A stretch of 64,000 nucleotides of DNA from Myxococcales bacterium (GTDB lineage: Bacteria > Myxococcota_A > Polyangia > Polyangiales > Houyiibacteriaceae). The position numbers and the translations under genes were made by a program. Below are positions 45,212-54,064 of the stretch, piece by piece; the stretch's first letter is position 1; every line of letters begins with the position of its first letter. The DNA is taken from positions 1,315 to 65,314 of the forward strand of contig JAHEEE010000014.1 in NCBI GenBank assembly GCA_024640845.1. The letters are read 5' to 3'. The notes under the pieces were generated by a model. It was not told the DNA's origin, ran no database searches, and worked only from the letters and a program-made list of their open reading frames with translations.

Positions 45212-46611
45212 CTTCGGTGTGCGCCGAGCGCATCCCGGTACGCACGCTCATACAGGCGGATCGTGCGCTCCCACGAGTGGTCGATTCGCATGACGCGGCT
45301 TTGCAGCTCTCGGAACGCCTTGGTGTTGGCGAACGCTGCGGCCGCGCGCTGAAGGGAGGCCAAGAGGGACTCCGGCGTCAGCTCGTCGTAGAGCAGCCCC
45401 GAGCCGGTCTTCAGCGAAGCCTCGCAGTCGACGACCTCGTCGGCCAGCCCACCTTCGCGATGTACGATCGGTAGCGCACCGTAGCGCTGCGCGCGCATCT
45501 GGATGTTGTCCGTCGGGGCTTCACGGCCGGGCACCACGACGAAATCGCTGGCAGCGATGAGCTTGTGGCGAAACGCCTCGTCGCTTCCGGTCTTGATCTG
45601 GATTCGATCGGGCCATTGGTCCCAAAGCTCTTCGTAAATCGCGACGAGCTCACCGTCCCCTTCGAGCTGCACGATGAGCTGCACCTCGTTTCGAAGAAGG
45701 TCGGGCCCGACCTTCGCAAGCAGATCCATTCCGTCGCCCTCGACGCGACCGATGGCCGCGAAGAGCGGCACGTCGCTGCGCACCGGCAGGGTGAGGTCGT
45801 GTTGGAGCTCCGCCTTGCACTTGTCTTTGCCCTCCATGTCGAAAGGGTCGAAGCGTGCCGGTAGATGGCCGTCCGTGGCTGGATTCCAGACCGACGGATC
45901 GATGCCGTGTCGCAAGCCGTTCAACTTCGGCGCAATTTCGCGAAAGACGTCGCTCAGCGCATCCGTGCTCTCCGCACGCTGGAGCCGGTGCGCGTAGTTC
46001 GGCGACAAGGTCGTCACCTGGTCGGCCGAGAGTAGGCCTGCCCTCAGGGCGCTGATACCATCCCCGTCGCGTGCCTCGTCGCCTAGGCCGAGCCACTTGG
46101 CGTCCGCGGGGTCGAACCGACCTTGGACCGCCGCGTCGTAGACGGTGAGCACCGACGGCATGTCCGGCAGCTCGGCTCGCAGACGCGCGAGCACAGCGGC
46201 GCCGGCCCATCCGTGGGCATGAACCAGGTCATAGTCGCTCGCGTTCTGTCGCACCAGCTCGGTGACCCCCCGAGCGAATACGCCCACGCGGGACGCGTCG
46301 AGCTGCTCACCCTCACCTTCGAGCGAATTGGCCGACAAGAGGACCTCCTCGTTGCCGATGAAGATCAGTTCGACACCATCCGGGTTTCGACCCGTGTACA
46401 GCTCGCACGCCCAGGAACGCCCTCCCAGCTCGAATTGGAGCTTGGTGAGTCGGCGCGCCAGTGCGAGCTTGGCGGTATCGATGTGGCCGTAGAGCGGTGA
46501 GACCAGGTCAACGGTGTGGTCCGCGCGGCGGAGCACCTTGGCCAATGTCATGACGTCCCGGGCCTCTGACGCCTCCGTGAACGATTGAGGAGCAATGAAG
46601 AGTATTCGCAA
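45208..46611 (-). CDS. Glycogen-synthase-like GT5 glycosyltransferase with substitutions in catalytic motifs
   Basis: The TTG at 46611 gives MRILFIAPQS..., 467 aa. GlgA-like blocks HAHGW, NGLRHGIDPSVWNP and GALPIVHREGGLADEV are present, but KTGGL is absent. The longer track ORF (to 47049) overlaps the next gene. Confidence 0.75.
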   Translation of the reverse strand: MRILFIAPQSFTEASEARDVMTLAKVLRRADHTVDLVSPLYGHIDTAKLALARRLTKLQFELGGRSWACELYTGRNPDGVELIFIGNEEVLLSANSLEGEGEQLDASRVGVFARGVTELVRQNASDYDLVHAHGWAGAAVLARLRAELPDMPSVLTVYDAAVQGRFDPADAKWLGLGDEARDGDGISALRAGLLSADQVTTLSPNYAHRLQRAESTDALSDVFREIAPKLNGLRHGIDPSVWNPATDGHLPARFDPFDMEGKDKCKAELQHDLTLPVRSDVPLFAAIGRVEGDGMDLLAKVGPDLLRNEVQLIVQLEGDGELVAIYEELWDQWPDRIQIKTGSDEAFRHKLIAASDFVVVPGREAPTDNIQMRAQRYGALPIVHREGGLADEVVDCEASLKTGSGLLYDELTPESLLASLQRAAAAFANTKAFRELQSRVMRIDHSWERTIRLYERAYRDALGAHRS

Positions 46612-46699
46612 GATGCTGGACCATAGCGATTGTTGGCCGCGGCGGCCACGTGGCAAGAGCGGGTTGCAAAGCGAGCGCTCTGGCCCAAGGATCCGCACT

Positions 46700-47605
46700 A
46701 TGGAGGGGCGTGGAAAAATCGCGGTGACTGGGGCCTCCGGCCTCGTGGGGAGCCAGCTCGTAGAGACCCTTCGCGAGCGCGGGTACGAGCCGCTTCGCAT
46801 GGTGCGGCGGCAACCGAGTAGCCCAGACGAGGTCCTATGGGATCCTGAAGGCGGCTCGATTGATGAGGACGCATTGGCCGGCATTTCGGGCGCGGTGCAC
46901 CTCGCGGGGGACAATGTCGCTTCGGGCCGCTGGACGGAGGCCAAGAAGGCTCGCATTCGGGACAGCCGCGTGCACGGCACAGCGCTCCTCGCGGGCGCCC
47001 TGGCGAAGCTCTCGCCGGCGCCAAAGGTCCTGGTCTCGGCTTCCGCCATTGGCTACTACGGGTCACGCGGCGCGGAGCCGGTCGACGAGACGAGTCCGCT
47101 CGGTGATGGCTTCCTCGCGTCGGTCTGTGCCGATTGGGAGGCAGCGACCGGCGCTGCGAGTCGCGCTGGCATCCGCGTCGTAAACGCTCGCATCGGCGTC
47201 GTTCTTGCAGCAGACGGCGGCGCGCTCGCCAAGATGAAGCTTCCGTTCCTCATGGGGCTCGGCGGGCGCATCGGCGACGGCCGCCAATACATGAGTTGGA
47301 TCACGCTCGCCGACGTCGTCTCCGCGCTCATCTTCAGCTTGGAACGCGAAGACCTCGAAGGTCCGGTCAACCTCGTCGCGCCGACGCCCGTGACGAACGC
47401 GGACTTCACCGAGACCCTCGGTCGCGTGCTCAAGCGTCCGACCGTTCTTCCCGTGCCGAAGTTCGCGCTTCGGCTTCTCGCGGGCGAGGAGATGGCCGAC
47501 GAGATGCTCATCGGTGGGTCCCGAGTGATTCCCAAGGTGCTCGATTCGCACGGGTTCGAGTGGGAACATCCAACGCTCGAGCCTGCGCTGCGTTCCGTCC
47601 TCTAG
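46700..47605 (+). CDS. TIGR01777-type NAD-dependent epimerase-family protein (YfcH-like, C-terminal DUF1731)
   Basis: KIAVTGASGLVGSQL Rossmann motif; the C-terminal …GGSRVIPKVLDSHGFEWEHPTLEPAL is typical of DUF1731. Confidence 0.8.
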   Translation: MEGRGKIAVTGASGLVGSQLVETLRERGYEPLRMVRRQPSSPDEVLWDPEGGSIDEDALAGISGAVHLAGDNVASGRWTEAKKARIRDSRVHGTALLAGALAKLSPAPKVLVSASAIGYYGSRGAEPVDETSPLGDGFLASVCADWEAATGAASRAGIRVVNARIGVVLAADGGALAKMKLPFLMGLGGRIGDGRQYMSWITLADVVSALIFSLEREDLEGPVNLVAPTPVTNADFTETLGRVLKRPTVLPVPKFALRLLAGEEMADEMLIGGSRVIPKVLDSHGFEWEHPTLEPALRSVL

Positions 47606-47618
47606 CGCTGCGCGTTGT

Positions 47619-49649
47619 TTGACTGTCGATCGCGCTTCGTCGGACACTGGGTCTGTGCACAGGGGGTTCTCGTCATGGTGCGCGTGGGCGTCCGCTGCTG
47701 TGTTCTTCCTGGCTGGGATGTTTCCGCTTTTCAACGCGGACGCGTACGGTCACCTAGCCCAGGGCCGCCAGATCAGCGCGCTAGGGCGCGTGCCCACCGT
47801 CGACCCCTTCTCGTTCTGGAAACCCGAGCCGCAGCCGTGGAGCAACTATGAATGGGGCTACGACTGGCTGAGTTGGCTCGCCTATGATCATCTTGGTCCA
47901 AATGCGCTCATCTTCGCGAAGTGCCTCGCGCTCGCCGGCCTCGGGTACTTGCTCGTGGTCTTGGCTCTTCGGCTCGCGCGAGGCGCCGACGTTGCCGGCC
48001 CGCTTGCGCTGGCCGCGCTGTTCTTGGCGCTTCCTGTGGCTCGGTTTCGGTTCACAGTCCGCCCGCAGATCATCGGGCTCGTCTTTCCGGCGATATTGCT
48101 GATTGGAATCAGCGCGCTCTATGCCGAGTCATCGTCGGCGCGGCGAAAGAAATGGGTCCTCGTGGGGCTCGCTTTGCTGCACGTGCTCTGGGTGAATTTG
48201 CACGGTTCCCACCTCTTCGGCGTGGTCGTTACCGCGCTCTTCGCAGCGTTTTCGGTTCGAACTTGCGCGCTCCGTTGGATGCTCGGCCTGTTGTCTTTGC
48301 AGCTGGCCGCCACGGCCTGCACTCCGTTCGGGTTTGGCATCGCCGCCGATGCCATCGCGCACGTGTTTCGGCCCGAGTACCGGGAGATCGTGGTCGAGTG
48401 GGCCGCGTGGTCACCCAAGGATCCGTTGAGGCTGCTTGTTGCGCCCATCGTGGTGACGGCGTTCCTCCTCGTCGCGATACGCCCCGTGGTTCGAGGGTCC
48501 CGCTACGGGCTCGCCTACGGAGCGCTGTCCGTGGTGCTCAGCATCATGGCGTTCCGCTCGATGCGCTTCGTTGCTCACCAGCTCTTGTTCTGCGCTCCGT
48601 TCATCGCCGCTGGGCTGGCGCAGCTTCCCCCGTTCGACGCCTCTCGACGCGGCGCTGTTGCGCTGGCGGCTGCTGCCGCGGTGACCGGCCTTCTTTGGAC
48701 GGCCCAGCTCGTTCCGGCGCTGGGATTCGGACTCGGGGAGCCGAAGCGTGAATACCCTTGGGCGTCGGCCGAGATCATCGAGCGTGCCGTGCGGGAACCG
48801 CGTCTCGTGGCGAGTCTCCAGGACAGCTGGGTGCTGATGTTTGCAGCTCCTAGTGCCAAGCTACTGGTCGACGGACGCGTGCCTTTCTATGGCCCGGAGA
48901 TGATTGGCGAGGTCGCACAGAGCTTCGCCGACCCCGAGCGCTTCGCTCGACAGCTTCGAGTGTACGACGTCAACACCGTCGTCATCGATCACACGCGGAC
49001 GGATCACATTGCGGCGACTGACTACCTCAGCGGGCGTGACGACTGGGGTCTCGTATTCGTCGAAGACGGCCATTCACTCTTCGTTCGAGCCGACGTGCTC
49101 AACGGGATTGAGCCGTTTCGCATCATTGGGCCCGGCTATCGGACCGGAGGGCTGCTCGAAGCGCGGTTCGGGGACGCCGAAATCCGCTCCGAAGCGACGC
49201 GCCTGAATGCCAAACGAAATACGACGGCGATGCAGGCTTGGCATCAGGGTGTCGAGCTCTTGCGACCGCTGGCGCGCGACGGCGATCGTGCGGGCATCCG
49301 CAAGTACGAGAGCGCCGATGAACAACGTATCGCGCGCGCATCCTATGGGCGACTTTCCGTTGCTGCCCAGCGCTTTCCAGGGTTCACCGCGATCGAGCTC
49401 TACCGCGCGTTGGCTGCGCTGGCCGCATGTGACATCGCGGAAGCCCGTGGTGCGCTCGGCCGGGCGACATACGGCGGTCAGACTCGAGAGACGTCTCTGG
49501 CTGGTCTCGAGCTCGCGCTGCGTGCCGGGGACGACGCGGAGCGCGCCCAGGCGAAGGCACATCTAGGCCGGCTTCTCGAGGCATCTGGGAGCCGCTTCGA
49601 TCCGTGGGTGCGGGGCATTGCCGCAGATGTGCAGACACGCTGTCCGTGA
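47619..49649 (+). CDS. Polytopic membrane protein (GT-C-like N-terminal half) with a soluble helical C-terminal half
   Basis: The 676-aa ORF has about 10 hydrophobic helices in the first ~400 aa, followed by an Ala/Arg-rich helical region. The TTG start at 47619 is uncertain. No family is confidently recognised. Confidence 0.6.
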   Translation: MTVDRASSDTGSVHRGFSSWCAWASAAVFFLAGMFPLFNADAYGHLAQGRQISALGRVPTVDPFSFWKPEPQPWSNYEWGYDWLSWLAYDHLGPNALIFAKCLALAGLGYLLVVLALRLARGADVAGPLALAALFLALPVARFRFTVRPQIIGLVFPAILLIGISALYAESSSARRKKWVLVGLALLHVLWVNLHGSHLFGVVVTALFAAFSVRTCALRWMLGLLSLQLAATACTPFGFGIAADAIAHVFRPEYREIVVEWAAWSPKDPLRLLVAPIVVTAFLLVAIRPVVRGSRYGLAYGALSVVLSIMAFRSMRFVAHQLLFCAPFIAAGLAQLPPFDASRRGAVALAAAAAVTGLLWTAQLVPALGFGLGEPKREYPWASAEIIERAVREPRLVASLQDSWVLMFAAPSAKLLVDGRVPFYGPEMIGEVAQSFADPERFARQLRVYDVNTVVIDHTRTDHIAATDYLSGRDDWGLVFVEDGHSLFVRADVLNGIEPFRIIGPGYRTGGLLEARFGDAEIRSEATRLNAKRNTTAMQAWHQGVELLRPLARDGDRAGIRKYESADEQRIARASYGRLSVAAQRFPGFTAIELYRALAALAACDIAEARGALGRATYGGQTRETSLAGLELALRAGDDAERAQAKAHLGRLLEASGSRFDPWVRGIAADVQTRCP

Positions 49650-49652
49650 GGA

Positions 49653-50825
49653 TCAAGCGACTGCTTTGCCGTCGAGCTCGATGAGGGTGATTTCCGCGGG
49701 CGCGGCGATGCGCATCGGTGGGCCCCAGTAGCCGGTGCCGGAGCTGACGTAGATCTGGGAGTCTCCACGTTGGTGCAGTCCGGAAAGGAACGGCTGTACC
49801 AGCCGGGTCAGTACACCAAATGGGAAGATCTGCCCGCCGTGCGTGTGCCCCGAGATCTGGAGGTCGACTCCGTGCTCCCGCGCTTCGTCGAACTGCACGG
49901 GTTGATGCGCCAGCAGCACGACGGGCTTGGTCGTATCGCGACCTGCCATCGCGCGCGTCATGTCCGCGCCGTGTCCATTGCCGAACTGGTGGGCGGTCCA
50001 ATCGTCGACCCCGGCGAGGTGAATGGTCTCGCCGTCCTTCTCGAGCGCGACATGCTCGTTGCGAAGAGTGCGGATGCCGATGCTCTGAAGAAAGCCGAGC
50101 CAGGAGTCCGCGCCCGAGTAGTACTCATGGTTGCCCGTCACGAAGTACGTCCCGAGCGTGGAGCGAATCTCGCCGAGTGGCGCGACTGCATGACCCAAGT
50201 CGTCCACGCTTCCATCGATGAGGTCGCCAGTGATGGCGACGATATCCGGTTCGAGGTCGTTCACCTTCCGAACGACGTCTTCGACGAAGTCGCGGCCGAT
50301 CGTCAGGCCTACGTGCATGTCGCTCAGCTGCACCAGTCGCAGCCCGTTGAGCGATGCAGGCAGCTTGCTCAGACGGACCGGTACACGCTTCACTTCGACT
50401 GGCCGAATCGCTGACCAAACGCCCCAGCCGGAAAGGGCCAGACCGAGGGCGCCGGCCCCACCTGCCAGAAGCTGCGCCAGGAATTCGCGCCGGCCGCCGC
50501 TGACCGACGTCAGGCTGGCGTACTTCATCCAGCTGTAGCGTGCGAGCTCGCCGCCCCACAACAGGACGAGCAAGACGAACATCGACCCCATCCATACGTA
50601 CCCGACCCAGGAAACCGGAATCGCGATGTTTCGAGGAAGTATGCGCCACGCCAGCATCGATGCCGGTATCGAGATAGCCAGCACGATCAAAGCTGCCGTC
50701 GCGACCTGACGCCATGGCGAGGGCAACATGGGGTCTCGGATCAGCCGGGCCCACAAGTAGTAATGGGTTCCGAGCGTGAGGCCGAAGATGACGCCGAAGA
50801 AGATGAGGATGCGACCGAACGACAT
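49653..50825 (-). CDS. Membrane-anchored metallophosphoesterase (YkuE-like)
   Basis: N-terminal TM helices, then LSDMHVG, ITGDLIDG, GNHEYY and GHTHGGQ motifs. Confidence 0.85.
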   Translation of the reverse strand: MSFGRILIFFGVIFGLTLGTHYYLWARLIRDPMLPSPWRQVATAALIVLAISIPASMLAWRILPRNIAIPVSWVGYVWMGSMFVLLVLLWGGELARYSWMKYASLTSVSGGRREFLAQLLAGGAGALGLALSGWGVWSAIRPVEVKRVPVRLSKLPASLNGLRLVQLSDMHVGLTIGRDFVEDVVRKVNDLEPDIVAITGDLIDGSVDDLGHAVAPLGEIRSTLGTYFVTGNHEYYSGADSWLGFLQSIGIRTLRNEHVALEKDGETIHLAGVDDWTAHQFGNGHGADMTRAMAGRDTTKPVVLLAHQPVQFDEAREHGVDLQISGHTHGGQIFPFGVLTRLVQPFLSGLHQRGDSQIYVSSGTGYWGPPMRIAAPAEITLIELDGKAVA

Positions 50826-50867
50826 GAGATGCGGACTATGTCCGCATAAGGATAGGGCCTTCCGGCG

Positions 50868-51392
50868 TCAAGTTGCGGCTTGGCCCGGCACCGACGGATC
50901 GGGCGAGTCGTAACGCTTCTTGCTGTCCTCGAGGTGGGCGACCAGGCGGTCGTGGACCTCTCGGTGGGTGAGGGCGACGATTCGGGCGGCCAGGAAGGCC
51001 GCGTTCTTCGCGCCGTCCACTCCTACGGTCGCGACGGGGACGCCAGGGGGCATCTGGACGGTCGCCAGCAGCGCGTCGACACCCTGGAGCGCCCCCGAAG
51101 CGATCGGTACGCCGATTACGGGTCGCATCGTGTGCGCAGCGACGGCGCCGGCGAGGTGGGCCGCCATCCCGGCACATGCGATGAACACCTCGACGCCTTG
51201 TTTCTCCGCCGCCGCGATGTATTCGGCGGTCTCATGCGGCGTTCGGTGTGCCGATAGAACACGAACGTCGTTCGGAACATCGAGGCTGTCCAGCACTTCC
51301 CGCGCTTTGAGAACGACGGGCAGGTCGCTCGGGCTGCCCGTCAGGATGGCCACTACCGGTGTATCGTTCTTCTTTAGTTGACTATTGGTCAC
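50868..51392 (-). CDS. Second PurE-family (AIR carboxylase/NCAIR mutase fold) protein
   Basis: VAILTGSPSDLPV, SAHRTP and ACAGMAAHLAGAVAAHTMRPVIGVPI motifs; 174 aa. It is a paralog of purE at 3854-4360. Confidence 0.8.
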   Translation of the reverse strand: MTNSQLKKNDTPVVAILTGSPSDLPVVLKAREVLDSLDVPNDVRVLSAHRTPHETAEYIAAAEKQGVEVFIACAGMAAHLAGAVAAHTMRPVIGVPIASGALQGVDALLATVQMPPGVPVATVGVDGAKNAAFLAARIVALTHREVHDRLVAHLEDSKKRYDSPDPSVPGQAAT

Positions 51393-51516
51393 GCCGCCTC
51401 CCAGACCGCCCGGCTTCTAGCGCAAAGCGTCCGGGCCGTCACGTGTCGAGGTGGTCGAAAGAGTCCACGGAACCCCTTTACTGGTTTGCGAAGGCAATCT
51501 ATAACCGCGCCCAGCT

Positions 51517-52857
51517 ATGAACGAAAAGCCTCGTAGACTCAATCGCAGCGTCGCTTCGGCCGCATTACTGGCCGTCGCGCTGTTGCACATTCCTCCAGCA
51601 ACGGCTGCTGCGGAAGAGCCGCCTGCCGATCCGGCCGCGGCCGAAGAGGCGGGTGCAGACGTTGCCGCGGAGGCCTCAGAGACGGCTCCTGCGTTGCCAT
51701 CGGCCACAGAAGCCATCGAGGCGCTCGTCGTCGCGCCCGGCGGCGTCCCGGCTGAGCCAACCGACGCCAAGAGCGCCGTCGACACGGTCAAAGCGGCCCT
51801 GGCGGCAGTCGAGAAGCAATCGCTCGAGGGCATGGGCGACAGCTACGTCATCGATTTCGGCGATACATTCGACTGGGTGCAGATGGTGTCCGGCGAGTGG
51901 ATCAAAGGCGACATCGATCGGATGCGCGACGACACGCTCGAGTTCGACAGCGACAAGCTCGACATGTTGTACCTCGACTTTGAGGACGTTGCTCTCGTCC
52001 ACTCGCCGCAGGTCAACACCTACGTGTTCGACGACCGCGTCTCCGCGACCGGCCGCGCGATCATCACCGCGGATCAGGTGATCATCGAGACCAAAGACGA
52101 GGGAACCAAGGTATTTCCACGAAGCGAGCTCGAGTCGATCGTCGAAGGCGAACGGGAGCGAGACTGGTGGTCGATGAAGCTGCGGTTCGGTTTGACCCTC
52201 AACCGTGGCAACAACGACCAGCTCACGTACAACATCGACTTCAACACGAAGCGTGAAGACCGCATTACGCTTCTCGACCTGAACTACAACGCGACGTTCG
52301 GTCGAACCGATGGGGTCCAGAACGTCAAGCGGCACCTCGGCGAGTTTCTCTTCAACGTCTTCCTCGGGAGCCGATGGTGGGTGACGCCGGCCTTTGGTCA
52401 GCTCTTCAACGACACATTTCAAAACATCCACTTCCGAGCGACCCCGGCCGCCGGTGCGGGCGTTCACCTCGTCGACAAACCGAATGTCAAGTGGGACTTC
52501 CAGACTGGTGTCGGGTATCAGTATCTGAAGTACGAAGACGTGTCGCTGACTCCGGACACGAAGAACCCTCAAAACGACGTCTTCATCCCGCTCTACACCT
52601 ATTGGGACTTCGACATCACCGGCGACATCGATCTGACGTTGAGTTGGCTCACGAACTTGGTCGTCACCGAGATTGGCAACACCAACCACACAGGCAAGGC
52701 CGACTTGAGCATCGAGCTAACCAGCGTGATCGACCTCGACGTCGCGTTCCTTTTCTTTCGAACTGAAGATCCGCCACCGCCGGCCGACCCGGCCGGCCCG
52801 CCGATCGACAAGAACGACTACCAGCTCGTCGTGGGCATCAGCCTCGAGCTCGGCTAG
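51517..52857 (+). CDS. Secreted outer-membrane protein with a DUF481-like beta-barrel C-terminal half
   Basis: Signal peptide and an Ala/Glu-rich linker. The C-terminal region (WSMKLRFGLTLNRGNNDQLTYNIDFNTKRE...) resembles YdiY/DUF481. Confidence 0.7.
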   Translation: MNEKPRRLNRSVASAALLAVALLHIPPATAAAEEPPADPAAAEEAGADVAAEASETAPALPSATEAIEALVVAPGGVPAEPTDAKSAVDTVKAALAAVEKQSLEGMGDSYVIDFGDTFDWVQMVSGEWIKGDIDRMRDDTLEFDSDKLDMLYLDFEDVALVHSPQVNTYVFDDRVSATGRAIITADQVIIETKDEGTKVFPRSELESIVEGERERDWWSMKLRFGLTLNRGNNDQLTYNIDFNTKREDRITLLDLNYNATFGRTDGVQNVKRHLGEFLFNVFLGSRWWVTPAFGQLFNDTFQNIHFRATPAAGAGVHLVDKPNVKWDFQTGVGYQYLKYEDVSLTPDTKNPQNDVFIPLYTYWDFDITGDIDLTLSWLTNLVVTEIGNTNHTGKADLSIELTSVIDLDVAFLFFRTEDPPPPADPAGPPIDKNDYQLVVGISLELG

Positions 52858-53987
52858 GGCTTTTCGACATCGGCGTCGGCCTCTGCGCCGGCCTCTGCGT
52901 CGGCCTCGTCTAGCTTCTTGGCTTCTTTGTGCCTCAGGATCTCGGCCTCGAGCTCGGCACGCTTTGCGGAGAGCTCTTCAAATTGCGCCTGCGCCGAGGC
53001 CTGGTCCGCTTTCCCATCGCGCTCTTTGTCGAGCCGTTCCATCTCCGCGATGACCTCCTTGAGCCGCTCCTCGGCTTTTGCTTCGCTTTCCGCGATTTCC
53101 GCCTTGTCGAACATGCGCTCCTCAGGACGCGTTTCATCGACCGGGGAGACCTTAGGTTTCGCGCGACGGCTCCCTTCCGGAATGAAGATCTTCTCTGGTT
53201 TGAGCTGGCGCTGATTCATGAATGTCGGGGAGACGATCTCGATGCTCGCTTGGTGGAGCGAATCGAGCATCGACCCGCGAAGCTTCGACTCCGCGCTGAT
53301 GAGGTATTTTACGTCCTCGAGGAAGCCGGCCACTTGGTAGGTGATGGAAAAATCCCCGAGCTCGAGGACGAAGACGAAGGCATCGGTGAGTCCGGCACCC
53401 TCGGCGGCCTTGAGCAAGCTTTTTTCGACCTTCTCCCTCGGGATGTCGTACCCGAGCGAGACCGAGCTTGCGATGAAGGTCCCGGAGGCGCGCACGACCG
53501 TGACCGGGTTGCTCACCAAGTAGAGATTCGGGAACGTAGTGAGGTTTCGCCGCTCGGTTTGGATCTCCGTGCGGAGCAAACCGAGCTCGGAGACTCGCCC
53601 GCGGTGCTCATCCACGACGATGAAGTCCCCTGGCCTGAAGTTGCGAATGGAGCGCAGCATGAAACCCGCCATCGCGTTGCCCAGCAGCGTCGTCGAGGAA
53701 AGGGCGATCGCGGCGGTGACGAGGATCCCGAGCAGGCTCAACAGCTGGCCGCGCTGTTCATTGTCGATCGGCAGCTCCAGAATCAGCGACACCACCAAGA
53801 CGCCGACGATCGCGGCGATGAGCATCTGACGGCCGACGAGGTGTCCGGTTGGCGGGCGTCGCTTGATCAGCGCGTAGTAGGCCGCGATGATGACGAGGAT
53901 CCCGATGAGCAAGGTGATTAGAAACGGGAGCCACTCGCGTAGGAGCGCGACGATCAATTGGAGGTAGTGCATCGGAGGCGTGAGCAT
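52854..53987 (-). CDS. Mechanosensitive ion channel (MscS family) with a charged coiled-coil C-terminal tail
   Basis: TM helices followed by LGNAMAGFMLRSIRNFRPGDFIVVDEHRGRVSELGLLRTEIQT. Confidence 0.85.
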   Translation of the reverse strand: MLTPPMHYLQLIVALLREWLPFLITLLIGILVIIAAYYALIKRRPPTGHLVGRQMLIAAIVGVLVVSLILELPIDNEQRGQLLSLLGILVTAAIALSSTTLLGNAMAGFMLRSIRNFRPGDFIVVDEHRGRVSELGLLRTEIQTERRNLTTFPNLYLVSNPVTVVRASGTFIASSVSLGYDIPREKVEKSLLKAAEGAGLTDAFVFVLELGDFSITYQVAGFLEDVKYLISAESKLRGSMLDSLHQASIEIVSPTFMNQRQLKPEKIFIPEGSRRAKPKVSPVDETRPEERMFDKAEIAESEAKAEERLKEVIAEMERLDKERDGKADQASAQAQFEELSAKRAELEAEILRHKEAKKLDEADAEAGAEADADVEKP

Positions 53988-54064
53988 CGCAGAACACCAG
54001 GGGTTTCGTAAACAGCGATGTCTGCTGAGCGTCCGATCAAAGAGCTTGGTGATATAAGCGTCGC

